64,000 nucleotides of DNA from Paragordius varius (lineage: Eukaryota; Animalia; Nematomorpha), in the NCBI GenBank assembly GCA_964247055.1, contig OZ176051.1, forward strand, positions 3,286,001 through 3,350,000, in the 5' to 3' direction. Each line of letters starts with the position of its first letter. Position 1 is the first letter of the stretch. This document shows, piece by piece, positions 63,746 through 64,000 of this stretch. The notes below the pieces were generated by a model. The model made no database searches. It saw only the letters and a program-made list of their open reading frames with translations, and was not told the DNA's origin. Both the position numbers and the translations under genes were made by a program.

Positions 63746-64000
63746 GTTTTTTTATTTTATTAGTATTCTCATAACTTCTGATTAAAGATATTCAAATAAT
63801 ATTATTACCTAATGAATAATACTGATATAACATCATAATTTTTCTAAAAAATAACTTTTACAATATGGTCCCGGTATTTTAATTTTCATCTGGTTTATAA
63901 AAATTATAAAATTAAATTATTATTTTAAAACATTAACATTGTAATAATAAAAATTAGAAATTAGGAGAAAACTATTTTTGTCGCAGCTCGGCTTCTATTA

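Noticed and set aside
63980-64000. Next Argonaute exon after CGCAG
   Set aside because: Does not give the expected VSATAFY; the true exon is probably outside the window.

Overview
Very AT-rich, repeat-dense nuclear DNA from an animal; the species cannot be identified from the sequence alone. The ORF track misses most genes because they are split by introns. I reconstructed by hand a MED15 core, tRNA-Leu(TAG), a tandem-C2 synaptotagmin-like gene, a small family of secreted 8-Cys-module genes, an Abox/ceh-19-type NKL homeobox gene, a hidden MRPS18A (mL66) gene head-to-head with DDX28, an orphan CxxC gene, SNAPC1, SCAMP and the 5' part of an AGO1/2-clade Argonaute. Between and inside genes lie RTE LINEs, decayed Mos1-like mariners and several families of long-TIR foldback/MITE elements, some nested inside each other. 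The main finding is an ultra-short spliceosomal intron class. About 16 GT-AG introns of only 21-29 nt, most of which must be removed to restore conserved motifs or the reading frame (e.g. DEAD-box AETG|SGKT, SCAMP NPFA|DP, homeodomain helix 1-2), coexist with TE-filled introns of 0.5-5.4 kb. Secondary highlights: start codons of two mitoribosome large-subunit genes only 22 bp apart, and a Cys-module gene with candidate alternative anchored versus secreted last exons. All gene models are manual predictions that need RNA evidence; coordinates may be off by a few bases.
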